Shown here in pieces: positions 9,924 through 18,981 of a DNA stretch of 64,000 nt (its first letter is position 1; each line of letters begins with the position of its first letter). The position numbers and the translations under genes are program-made. The stretch lies in assembly GCA_963702845.1 (NCBI GenBank), contig OY969763.1, positions 4,608,001 to 4,672,000 on the forward strand, given 5' to 3'. The notes under the pieces were generated by a model. That model ran no database searches, was not told the DNA's origin, and worked only from the letters and a program-made list of their open reading frames with translations. This stretch comes from an uncultured Verrucomicrobiae bacterium (GTDB lineage Bacteria; Verrucomicrobiota; Verrucomicrobiia; Limisphaerales; Palsa-1400).

Positions 9924-10145
9924 ATGAGTATCGAAGCTTCGATAGAAGTCGAAGGGACAATAAAGACTGTTTTGCCAGGCACCATGTTTCGTGTGACGCT
10001 GGATGTAAACCAACACGAAGTGTTGGCCCACATCTCGGGCAAGATGCGCAAGCATTTCGTGCGTTTGACCGCCGGTGATCGCGTGCGCCTGGAAATGTCT
10101 CCTTACGACTTGAGCAAAGCGCGCATCACATATCGTCTGCGCTAA
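9924..10145 (+). CDS. infA: Translation initiation factor IF-1
   Basis: [39 protein letters not shown]. Confidence 0.97.
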   Translation: MSIEASIEVEGTIKTVLPGTMFRVTLDVNQHEVLAHISGKMRKHFVRLTAGDRVRLEMSPYDLSKARITYRLR

Positions 10146-10158
10146 GTCCCCGCCCCTC

Positions 10159-11475
10159 TCACGAATGTGCCCAAGTCTCCTGGGACACAGTGAGGTAGTT
10201 TTCGATCTGATCCATCACGGTGGAGTCATTAAATTTCTCAAGCACTTCGTTCTGGGCAGTTTCAGCCATTTGAACTCGCAAGGCGGGTGAAATCAGAAGT
10301 TCCTGGATCCGCACAGCAAGTTGTTCGTCATCGCCCGGTGAATACGTGAAGGCGTTTTCTCCATGCCGCAATAATTCTTCCGCGCCGCGACTCGCGGTCC
10401 CAATCACAGGCAGACCACAGGCCATCGCTTCAAGCGGGGTGAACGGAAACGGTTCAGCCCATTCCACCGGATGCAACAGGGCATCGTGCTTTTTATAGAT
10501 CGCCGGCAAATCACTGTTTTGATTTGGGACGGTCAGAAATTCCACCGGTAATTGGTTTGTGACCACATACGAGCGCAGTTCCGCCAGATATTTCGTGTCC
10601 CCACGGCCATAGACGCTGGCGCTCACATCAAGTTTTGCGGCACGGGCGCGCTTGATCGCTTTTAACGCAGTGAAGACTCCACTTTGCGTGTTGAGATTGG
10701 CGACGATGAGAAATTTCTTAATGGGTGCGCTGCTAGACTTCAGCTCACCCACGAAAGACTGGGTTGAAATGCACGGGTAAATAATATCGGCGTGATGGAC
10801 ACAGAAACCGGCGCGTGCCGTGATTTCCTTCAAGGTGCCGCTGCAAAAATACAGTCGGTCAAATCGGAAACCGGCAATGGAGTTCGGTGCGACTTGCGCG
10901 CGAGCCTTCGCATCGCCGAAAATCGGTAGTCGGTTATAACCTTTCTGCATGCGCGTTGGAGCCGTCGAGTCGAGTCGTCCGCGTTCGCCACTCATTTCCA
11001 GAGCTGCGCGCGTTGATTGTTCCAGAAACGAAAGCGACGGGGCGTTCCAGAATCTAAGCCACGGATCTTCCATCACTTCGGCTGAGAGCCAGTAATCGTA
11101 GACATCGTAAACGGTCGGCAGCTTGGAATTGCGCAGAGTGAAAATCAGCGATTTCGAAAGGCCAGTTAGGCTGAAGACGTGGATGACATCGGGCTGAAAT
11201 TCCTGGATTGTTTCCATCAACACAGAATGGTTATGGAGTTCCATCGGTTTCATGTCGTGGAATTTCGTCAGTAACGGATGGCCATGAACACCATTCAACT
11301 GCAAGCGCCGATGGACCGTGCTTTCACGTAATTCGGTGCGAATACCGTGGCTTGATGTAAGGACGAGTACTTCGTGTCCGCGCAGGCGCAGAGCCTCGAT
11401 CACCGTCGGGCAATGGTTGTCGATAATCCCGGCGTGGTGCGGCGGGTAAAGGCTGGTCAGCGCGAGTATTCTCAT
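10159..11475 (-). CDS. Glycosyltransferase family 4 (GT-B)
   Basis: MRILALTSLYPP start; EPFPFTPLEAMACGLPVIGT (EX7E). Confidence 0.9.
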   Translation of the reverse strand: MRILALTSLYPPHHAGIIDNHCPTVIEALRLRGHEVLVLTSSHGIRTELRESTVHRRLQLNGVHGHPLLTKFHDMKPMELHNHSVLMETIQEFQPDVIHVFSLTGLSKSLIFTLRNSKLPTVYDVYDYWLSAEVMEDPWLRFWNAPSLSFLEQSTRAALEMSGERGRLDSTAPTRMQKGYNRLPIFGDAKARAQVAPNSIAGFRFDRLYFCSGTLKEITARAGFCVHHADIIYPCISTQSFVGELKSSSAPIKKFLIVANLNTQSGVFTALKAIKRARAAKLDVSASVYGRGDTKYLAELRSYVVTNQLPVEFLTVPNQNSDLPAIYKKHDALLHPVEWAEPFPFTPLEAMACGLPVIGTASRGAEELLRHGENAFTYSPGDDEQLAVRIQELLISPALRVQMAETAQNEVLEKFNDSTVMDQIENYLTVSQETWAHS

Positions 11476-11966
11476 TCAACAATCCGTAGTTCGTCACCGA
11501 TTTTGATACGGCCCGACTTCACAATTTCCGCGATAACACCCTGCCGTTTGTCGCACATGAGCAACCGCATGCCGGGCAGAATTCGATCCATTTGATCGCA
11601 CGGCAGACGCGGTTCGTAAAAATTCAAAACAGCATCGCCGACTTGGACTTTTTTGCCGATGAGCGAAATGAGATCAACGCCGGCAGTTTCGACATTCGAT
11701 TTCACAAGGCCGGGCGTGATGTTTGCCTTCAATGATTCGGCGTGTTGCGCGATGATTTCGCGTTCGATCAACGTGACATTGCGGCGGCTGGACTGGCCGG
11801 AACGGTTCTTGCGCTCGAAGTAACGCGGCTCACCCACAATGCCTTTTCCGGCGACGACCTCGATTTCCGAAGTATCAGTCATGCGTTGACCGGGTTTTTC
11901 CGGATGCAAGTGGAGCGAAGCGACACGGCCGGGAACCTGTTGTTGGCCGGTAATGGTCGCGTTCAT
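11472..11966 (-). CDS. MOSC domain protein
   Basis: RNVTLIERE, PRLPCDQMD, GVIAEIVKSGRIKIGD; start at ATG 11966 behind TTGCTG-17-TATGTT. Confidence 0.8.
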   Translation of the reverse strand: MNATITGQQQVPGRVASLHLHPEKPGQRMTDTSEIEVVAGKGIVGEPRYFERKNRSGQSSRRNVTLIEREIIAQHAESLKANITPGLVKSNVETAGVDLISLIGKKVQVGDAVLNFYEPRLPCDQMDRILPGMRLLMCDKRQGVIAEIVKSGRIKIGDELRIVE

Positions 11967-12024
11967 GAGTGCAACATAGAAAAGCAGCGTTGATTCAGCA
12001 ATAGCGCGTTTCAATAATGGGCCG

Positions 12025-12804
12025 ATGCGAATTCCGTATTATCAGGTCAATGCGTTTACGAAAGAGCCGTTTGGTGGAAACCCTGCTGGTGTTTGCGTGC
12101 TTGATCAATGGCCCGGCGACAATCTGCTGCAAAAAATCGCGGCGGAAAACAATTTGTCTGAAACGGCGTTTTTTGTTTGCGAAGGAGAATCGTTTCGACT
12201 GCGCTGGTTCACCCCAACTGTGGAAGTGGATCTCTGTGGTCACGCCACGCTGGCGACTGCGGCGGTTTTGTTTTCTGAGCTGGGATATCAAGGTGATCGG
12301 ATTCGGTTTGAAACTAAGAGCGGCTCACTGTTCGCAGCACGGCGCGAGAATTCGATTGAGTTGGATTTGCCGTCATGGCGACCCGAACCGTGCACCGCAC
12401 CGCAGGATTTGGCGCGCGCGTTAGGATGCGAACCTCGCGAAGTGTTCGCTTCGCGGGATTACATCGCAGTCTTTGATTCGCAAAAAGAGGTGCTGGCGCT
12501 GGCACCGGACATGGACTTGTTAATGAAGCTCGATCGTGATGGTGTGATCGTCACCGCAGCCGGGTCAGACGCGGATTTTATCTCGCGGTATTTTGCACCA
12601 CGCCTCGGGGTTCCTGAAGATCCGGTCACCGGTTCTGCGCATTGCTCGCTGATTCCCCTCTGGGCGACGTGGCTCGGCAAGACGGAAATGTTCGCGCGAC
12701 AAGTCTCACGTCGTCGGGGAGAATTGTGGTGCCGGCTCGCCGGAGAGCGAGTCGCGATTCGAGGGAACGCGAAAATTTACAAACGCGGCGAGTTAACCGT
12801 TTAA
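12025..12804 (+). CDS. PhzF-family isomerase
   Basis: FGGNPAGV, NLSETAF, LRWFTPTVEVDLCGHATLA, EDPVTGSAH. Confidence 0.93.
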   Translation: MRIPYYQVNAFTKEPFGGNPAGVCVLDQWPGDNLLQKIAAENNLSETAFFVCEGESFRLRWFTPTVEVDLCGHATLATAAVLFSELGYQGDRIRFETKSGSLFAARRENSIELDLPSWRPEPCTAPQDLARALGCEPREVFASRDYIAVFDSQKEVLALAPDMDLLMKLDRDGVIVTAAGSDADFISRYFAPRLGVPEDPVTGSAHCSLIPLWATWLGKTEMFARQVSRRRGELWCRLAGERVAIRGNAKIYKRGELTV

Positions 12805-12832
12805 CGTTTTGGCACTCTCGCGCGCCAGGCGA

Positions 12833-14214
12833 TTACGCCTTTTCTTCCATCATCTCACGACGGCCGGTGCCGAGAAGTTGTTCTACAAAGGCGGTCGAAT
12901 AAACGCCACGACGGAAATTTGGGTCGCGCAGAATCGCTTGTTCGAACGGGATCGTGGTTTTGATACCCGTGATCATGTACTCGTCCAACGCGCGGCTCAT
13001 CTTGTCCATAGCTTCGCGACGATCGCGACCTTTGCAGATCAACTTGCCAATCATCGAGTCGTAATATGGCGGGATCGTGTATCCGGCGTAGCAATGGCTA
13101 TCAACGCGCACGCCGCCGCCGCCCGGTGGATAATACATTTCAATACGGCCCGGCGACGGACGGAAATCATCAAACGGATCTTCGGCGTTGATGCGGCACT
13201 CGATCGCGTGACCTTTCATCGTGATATCGCCTTGCGAAAGCTTGTGCGGCTCGCCCATCGCCACCTGGATTTGCAGCTTCACGAGATCCAGCCCGGTGAC
13301 TTCTTCCGTAATCGGGTGCTCGACCTGAATGCGCTTGTTCATTTCGAGGAAGTAGAAATGACCTTTTTCGTCGACGATAAATTCGACGGTGCCGGCGTTC
13401 GTGTAATGTGCCACTTCGGCGATGCGCACCGCCGCTTTACCCATTTTTTTGCGCAAATCTTTAAATTTATGTTCAATAGCGGCGACGGCGTTTCTTCGAC
13501 GATCTTTTGATTGCGCCGTTGGATGGAGCAATCGCGTTCACCGAGATGAACGATGTTGCCACGCATGTCACCGAGGATCTGGAACTCGATGTGATGCGAG
13601 GTTTCGATGAACTTTTCGATGTAAACGCCGGAGTTACCGAAAGCCTTTTCGGCTTCACTGCGCGCTGTGTGATAACCCTTTACCAGCGAAATATCGTTGT
13701 GCGCCACGCGCATACCACGACCGCCACCGCCAGCGACGGCTTTAATCATCACCGGGTAGCCAATGCGTTTCGCAACAGTGAGCGCTTCCTGCTCGTTCTC
13801 GATGGTCCCGTCGGAACCGGGCGGCGTTGGCACACCGGCACGTTTGGCAAGTGCGCGGCTGGCCGCTTTGTCCTCGAGCGCATTCATCGCGCGCGAACTC
13901 GGCCCGATGAAACGGATATTGCAACTTTCGCAAACGTCCGCGAAGTGCGCGTTCTCAGAAAGAAAACCGTAACCGGGATGGATCGCATCAACATCGGCGA
14001 TTTCCGCCGCGCTGATGATACGGTCGATGCGGAGGTAACTTTCGTTGCTTGGCGGTTTGCCGATGCAGATGGCTTCGTCCGCCATCTGGACATGGATGGA
14101 ATTAACGTCAGCCTCCGAATAAACCGCAACGGTCCGGATATTCAGTTCCTTGCAGGCGCGAATGATGCGCACTGCGATTTCGCCTCGGTTGGCAACCAGG
14201 ATTTTTTCGAACAT
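12833..14214 (-). CDS. accC: Acetyl-CoA carboxylase biotin carboxylase subunit (split by a 1-nt frameshift near 13475)
   Basis: N-part [10 protein letters not shown]...[20 protein letters not shown] in one frame; C-part [33 protein letters not shown] in another. Confidence 0.95.
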
Positions 14215-14229
14215 TTGAGTTAATCCGGC

Positions 14230-14721
14230 TTAGGTCGGCCGAATTTTGAAGAGCGGTTGACCGAACTCGACCGGCTTGGCGTTTTCCACCAAAATCGCAG
14301 TCACCACGCCTTTGCATTCGGCCTTAATTTCGTTCATGACCTTCATCGCTTCGATGAGGCAGACGACGGTGTCGGGATTCACTTCGCTGCCGACTTCCAC
14401 GTATTCCGCTGATTCGGGAGAAGGCGCGCGGTAAAAGGTGCCGATCATCGGCGATTTGATTTCGAGAAGATTTGCGTCAGCTGCGGCGGATGCAGCGGCA
14501 GCGGCTGTCGCAGCAATCGTGGCTGCGGAAGGAGCAACCATAGGAGCAGGACCGGCGACGGGCAAAGACATCGCATACGAAGTCGCTCCCCCACCCTCTT
14601 CACCCGACGCGCCTGTGCCTCGTTTTAATTTTATTTTAAAGTCCTGATGCTCGAGTTCGAACTCGGTCAGCGAGTTCTTCCGCATCAAATCGATGATGCC
14701 CTTGATATCTTTTAAATCCAC
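14230..14721 (-). CDS. accB: Acetyl-CoA carboxylase biotin carboxyl carrier protein
   Basis: IKSPMIGTFY, biotinylation motif EAMKVMNEI, Ala/Pro linker; GGAGG SD before the GTG. Confidence 0.96.
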   Translation of the reverse strand: MDLKDIKGIIDLMRKNSLTEFELEHQDFKIKLKRGTGASGEEGGGATSYAMSLPVAGPAPMVAPSAATIAATAAAAASAAADANLLEIKSPMIGTFYRAPSPESAEYVEVGSEVNPDTVVCLIEAMKVMNEIKAECKGVVTAILVENAKPVEFGQPLFKIRPT

Positions 14722-14817
14722 ATCGCCTCCGGCGTTCGTTGGTGAGCCGAATCGACGCGGGGGGATCGCGCTTTTCTCGGCGACAACATAGGTTGTAAGT
14801 TAGCCATCTATTTAAGC

Positions 14818-14850
14818 AAAAAAGCAGAGGCCGCTGGGCAACCCTGCTTT
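14818..14850 (-). terminator. Terminator-like hairpin upstream of accB
   Basis: Minus strand AAAGCAGGGTTGC-CCA-GCGGCC(T)CTGC followed by TTTTTT. Confidence 0.55.
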
Positions 14851-14874
14851 AAGTCGTATTTTTAAAGTTCCGCG

Positions 14875-14903
14875 ACAGTAGTTCGCCAATTTAGGGCAGT
14901 CAA
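14875..14903 (-). promoter_or_regulatory. Sigma70-like promoter upstream of accBC
   Basis: TTGACT-17-TACTGT on the minus strand. Confidence 0.55.
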
Positions 14904-14990
14904 GCATGAAAAACTCAACCCAAATACAGGGTTCCACCGATGTTTTTATGGCAAAAGAGAATAAGTTGCGAACAACTTTAACGGTAATGC

Positions 14991-16322
14991 CTAAGAAACG
15001 ACCGGTTTTGTCAGTTTCGCGTTTGCCAGCAGCCAACCTATCAAGAAGAAGGTCGGCCATGCGATTGCCGGGATGTAAAGGTGGAACTCCACGAACTCAT
15101 GCAGGACAACACCAACGACACCAATCAGCACAAATCGGGTGTTTTGGCTACTGTAACGATACAGTATGACCGCAATCGTGCCTGCAAAAGCGCAAAACAC
15201 CAAAAAACCGGGAATACCGCTGTCACATAGTTGCTCTAAAAAGTCGTTGTGAGCCAGCCGCGCCATCTCCGATTCGGGTGATTTGACCTTAGCGTAACCG
15301 ATTGCAAACGTACCTGGGCCAGTCCCCAGAATCGGATGATCCCGACCGAGGACCAAGGCCGCTCGCCAATAATCGAAACGAGCCACCACACTCGTCGAGC
15401 CGCGTTGAAAAAACTGCGCGTATCGAATTCCAAAGCCCACCAACCCGCAGACCAGCACGGTGAGAATGATCGTAAGTTTCGTGCGTTTCGAGAAGGTCGA
15501 TCCGGCAATCGCAATCAATGCGAGAATGAGTGCGATGAGCCAACCGGCTTTGGAGCTGGACCAATAGAGGCAAGCCAACGAAGGAATCGAGATAAGGGCC
15601 AAAACAGTCCAGCGCGCGCGGTCGCGGAGCTTAGCGGTAACCTGCCATATGAAGCCAAGGGTTATCGGTAATAACAGGAGTAGCCCACCAGCCAAGGTAT
15701 TTGGGTAGAAGAGAGTCGAGTAAATGCGAGTGCTGGACAGTTTTTTGATGAATTCCGGCGGGGCATTGCGCCAGTTGGGCGTTTCGTAGAAGAACTTGCG
15801 GGTTTGTTCCAAGCCGCCGAAGTGCTGTTCCCAACCGACCCGAACAATCCAGAGGAGCGCCAGTGAAAGGAATACCCAAATCGGCCACGGGTTTCGCATC
15901 TGGCCCAGCCCAACGAAACCTAGATAGAACATCAGGATGCAGACGACGAAATGTTTCAACGCGGCCCCAGTCAGGGCGGAGTCAACGGTATGACTCGCGG
16001 AGATGAACTGCCAAATCAGCCAGAGAATTGGGAATGCTAGCGCCCATTTGATCCCGCGCGACCAAGAAGCGGCGAGCAGGTTGCTTGGGCGAACGCATGC
16101 GAGACCTACGATCACAACAGGGGCGAGACATATATATCCCCATTTCACCGGCCATGCGCCGTAAAGCCATTCGAAGAAGTTTTCGGGGGCCGTGACCTGT
16201 GAATCGAGAATGACGGGGTTGCCGAATTTTAGGAGGGCGATGAAAAAGAAGAGACCGGCAACGGATGCGAAAAGCAGGCCGCGTTGGTCCTTTACTCGTT
16301 CAGGCTGAACAGCTTTGTCCAA
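14991..16322 (-). CDS. O-antigen ligase (Wzy_C) family membrane protein
   Basis: About 12 TM segments; STLFYPNTLAG, SSKAGW, HPILGTGPGTF, AHNDFLE. Confidence 0.88.
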   Translation of the reverse strand: MDKAVQPERVKDQRGLLFASVAGLFFFIALLKFGNPVILDSQVTAPENFFEWLYGAWPVKWGYICLAPVVIVGLACVRPSNLLAASWSRGIKWALAFPILWLIWQFISASHTVDSALTGAALKHFVVCILMFYLGFVGLGQMRNPWPIWVFLSLALLWIVRVGWEQHFGGLEQTRKFFYETPNWRNAPPEFIKKLSSTRIYSTLFYPNTLAGGLLLLLPITLGFIWQVTAKLRDRARWTVLALISIPSLACLYWSSSKAGWLIALILALIAIAGSTFSKRTKLTIILTVLVCGLVGFGIRYAQFFQRGSTSVVARFDYWRAALVLGRDHPILGTGPGTFAIGYAKVKSPESEMARLAHNDFLEQLCDSGIPGFLVFCAFAGTIAVILYRYSSQNTRFVLIGVVGVVLHEFVEFHLYIPAIAWPTFFLIGWLLANAKLTKPVVS

Positions 16323-17363
16323 TCAAAGCTTAAGCTTAAGTAAACCGACTTCTAAAGCGAGCGCTTCCTGCACGTTGGTGTTGCTGAGGCGGCGCTGGAG
16401 GTCGCCCAGAGTTTCGAGGTTTTCGCGAGCGTCGGCAGGCGAAATGCGTTTGGCGATGGTTTGCGCCGCTGGGGAAAGATCCGGAAAACCAAGGTAACTC
16501 GCGTCAGGAGCGGATTGGGTGACGGTTTGGAGCCAGACATCGCGTAGCCACCATTGCAATGCCGCGAGGAGATCGTTGCGTTGACGGCGGTATTCAGATT
16601 CCACCGCGGCGGCGAGTTCTTTTTCGTATTTCTCGCGCAGGTCGGAATCAATGTCGTTGTATTTCTCCAACGGCGATCGTTCCGAAAGCGCGGCTTCGAT
16701 TTCTTCGTGCTCGGCGCCAAGTTCTTTCAAAAGTAAACCGAGCAGGCGATAGCGCGGGAGCAGCCCGCGCCCGGATTCTGCAGCCACGGAGCTAAACGTG
16801 TTCGCCCAGTCTTTGTGCCGTGGACTGAAATGCGCGCCTTCGCCGGCAAAATTTAAACGCAGGCAACGGGAGATAATGGTTTCCAGAATGCGCTGAATGT
16901 CCGTTGTAAGAAGAATCAGAATCGATTTCGATGGAGGCTCTTCCAACGTCTTAAGAAACGCATTGGCCGCCTGATTGTTCAAACGATCGGCGCAGACGAT
17001 CACGCCGACTTTGTATTCGGCGATCGTAGGTTTGAAATTGATGGTCTGAATAAGGTCGCGGACCTGGTCGATGCCGATGACGCGCGACTTCATTTCGGGG
17101 CGGACCCACAGGACATCCGGATGGTTGAACGCGTTGATGCGGATGCAACTATCGCACTTGTCGCAACATTCGATCGGGATGCCGTTCTCACCGCGTTTTG
17201 GTGGCGACTGGCAATTGAGAACTTTAGCAAGTGTTCGCGCCACCGCCTCAAGTTCCTCCTGCGAACTACCGTTAAACAAGTAACCATGCGCAAGCCGATT
17301 GCGATCGAGACTTCGCTGCAGAATCTCAATGACGGCTTTTTGCTCAGGAAAATCTTTGAACAT
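16323..17363 (-). CDS. holB: DNA polymerase III subunit delta'
   Basis: RLAHGYLF, Zn-binding C...CDKCDSC, HPDV, AANAFLKTLEEPP, TIISRC. Confidence 0.92.
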   Translation of the reverse strand: MFKDFPEQKAVIEILQRSLDRNRLAHGYLFNGSSQEELEAVARTLAKVLNCQSPPKRGENGIPIECCDKCDSCIRINAFNHPDVLWVRPEMKSRVIGIDQVRDLIQTINFKPTIAEYKVGVIVCADRLNNQAANAFLKTLEEPPSKSILILLTTDIQRILETIISRCLRLNFAGEGAHFSPRHKDWANTFSSVAAESGRGLLPRYRLLGLLLKELGAEHEEIEAALSERSPLEKYNDIDSDLREKYEKELAAAVESEYRRQRNDLLAALQWWLRDVWLQTVTQSAPDASYLGFPDLSPAAQTIAKRISPADARENLETLGDLQRRLSNTNVQEALALEVGLLKLKL

Positions 17364-17773
17364 TACTCCTGCGGCTTTGGTTGTTCCAAAGCTCGAACGG
17401 CCAGAGGAATGCTGGTGAGCGGGCGATTGTCGATCGACACGTCCACGGAATACAGCCCAGCTTGCTCCAGCTTCAACGGCTGGAAATTAATGATGAAGTT
17501 TCGGGACAAGAAAGTTGCGTCCCCTGGAAAGGCTACATCGATCGGGATGTCCATACTTTGCATGATTAACTGCCCGTCTTCATCGCCGAACTTGAGTTTC
17601 AAATCGTGATGACCTTCTTCCATGCGATCGAACATGATACGCAATGCGACGGCGCACTGCGGATGCAAAACAGGAAATTGACCAGCCAGGATGGTGTCAA
17701 ATGTGCCGAGAAGATTGAGCTTCCCGTTGTAATCGGTCGCCGCGTCGCACAGAACCGCTACCTGAATTGTCAT
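17363..17773 (-). CDS. Conserved hypothetical small beta-sandwich protein
   Basis: MTIQVAVLCDAATDYNGKLNLLGTFD...GLYSVDV; stop overlaps the holB start (TAATG); start moved to ATG 17773. Confidence 0.8.
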   Translation of the reverse strand: MTIQVAVLCDAATDYNGKLNLLGTFDTILAGQFPVLHPQCAVALRIMFDRMEEGHHDLKLKFGDEDGQLIMQSMDIPIDVAFPGDATFLSRNFIINFQPLKLEQAGLYSVDVSIDNRPLTSIPLAVRALEQPKPQE

Positions 17774-17811
17774 ACTTTGAACGCTAAAGGATTCAAGCCG
17801 TCGGGCAATTG

Positions 17812-18882
17812 CTAAATCTTCACCTTGAACTCTTCGCCCCGTTTCAAGGAAAGCGCGAAGGCGGCCATGAGTTTTGGAATTTGTTCGAGGTCTTTTAGGC
17901 TGACCACTTCGACTGGCGAATGCATGTAGCGGTTCGGCAGACTGATGAGCCCACTGGGGATGCCACCGCGAGTCCAAAAGATGACGTCCGTATCCGTGCC
18001 GCTGGTGGCGGACATGGCTTCGTGCTGAAGATTAATCTTCTCCTTCGCGGCGACTTCTTCGATGCGCGCTACGACTTCGGGATGATTGCATCCACCGTGC
18101 GTGATGGCCGGGCCTTCGCCAACTTTGATATCACCGTGTTGTTGCTGGTTCACCGTCGGATAATCGGTCGCGTGCGTCACGTCCACAACCAGCGCGACGT
18201 CAGGCTTCAACGTGTACGCGATTTGACGCGCACCGAGCAGACCCACTTCTTCCATGATGTTGGAGACGGCGAGAATTTCCGCTTCCGGCTTCTGTTTGCT
18301 TTCGCTTAACAGGCGTAACGTTTCGGCCACAGAAAATGTCCCGATGCGGTTATCGAACGCACGCGCAATGGCGAGGTCGTTGCGGAGCAATTCAAATTGA
18401 TCGACCAACGTAATCGGGTCGCCGATGCGGACAAGCTTTTCGGCATCGGCTTTTTTGCCCACGCCAATATCGATGAACAGATCCTCCATTTTAGGGGCTT
18501 TCCGTTCGCCCTCCTGCTTCGTGAGATGCGGGGCCACGTTGCCGACGACGCCTCTGACGGGCCCTTTTCTTGTGTGAATAGTGACGCGTTGGGCCTTGGT
18601 AATTGCCGGATCCACGCCGCCGATTTTGCGAACGTAAATGAATCCCTGCTCATTGATAAAGTTAACCGTCATGCCGATTTCGTCAGCGTGGCCGGCGAGC
18701 ATGATGCGCGGCGAACCGCCTTTGTTCAGGATGGCGACGGCGTTGCCATAGGAGTCCGTGAAAGTTTCGTCGGCGTATTCTTTAACGTAATCGAGCCAGA
18801 CGCGTTGGCCGCGGTGTTCGTGGCCGGACGGGCTCGGGGTGTTAACAAGCTTTTCGAGGAATTGAAGAGATTGTTCACGCAT
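17812..18882 (-). CDS. M42-family metallopeptidase
   Basis: PSPSGHE, GHADEIG, AFDNRIG, EEVGLLGA, DVTHA, RYMHSPVE. Confidence 0.93.
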   Translation of the reverse strand: MREQSLQFLEKLVNTPSPSGHEHRGQRVWLDYVKEYADETFTDSYGNAVAILNKGGSPRIMLAGHADEIGMTVNFINEQGFIYVRKIGGVDPAITKAQRVTIHTRKGPVRGVVGNVAPHLTKQEGERKAPKMEDLFIDIGVGKKADAEKLVRIGDPITLVDQFELLRNDLAIARAFDNRIGTFSVAETLRLLSESKQKPEAEILAVSNIMEEVGLLGARQIAYTLKPDVALVVDVTHATDYPTVNQQQHGDIKVGEGPAITHGGCNHPEVVARIEEVAAKEKINLQHEAMSATSGTDTDVIFWTRGGIPSGLISLPNRYMHSPVEVVSLKDLEQIPKLMAAFALSLKRGEEFKVKI

Positions 18883-18981
18883 GGCGGGAACTTAATTGAA
18901 AGCGGCCGAAAACCAAATGGAAAACATCCGGTTTTCGCCTATACCGTTAAAAATCTCGTGAGGCAACATAGAGGGAAATCC

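Noticed and set aside
13460..13490. Programmed frameshift in accC
   Set aside because: No clear slippery site or stimulatory structure at the break; similar indels occur throughout the window
14812..15169. ORFs 14906..15169 (+) and 14812..15060 (-)
   Set aside because: They overlap the ligase 3' end and the promoter/terminator signals, and show no family features
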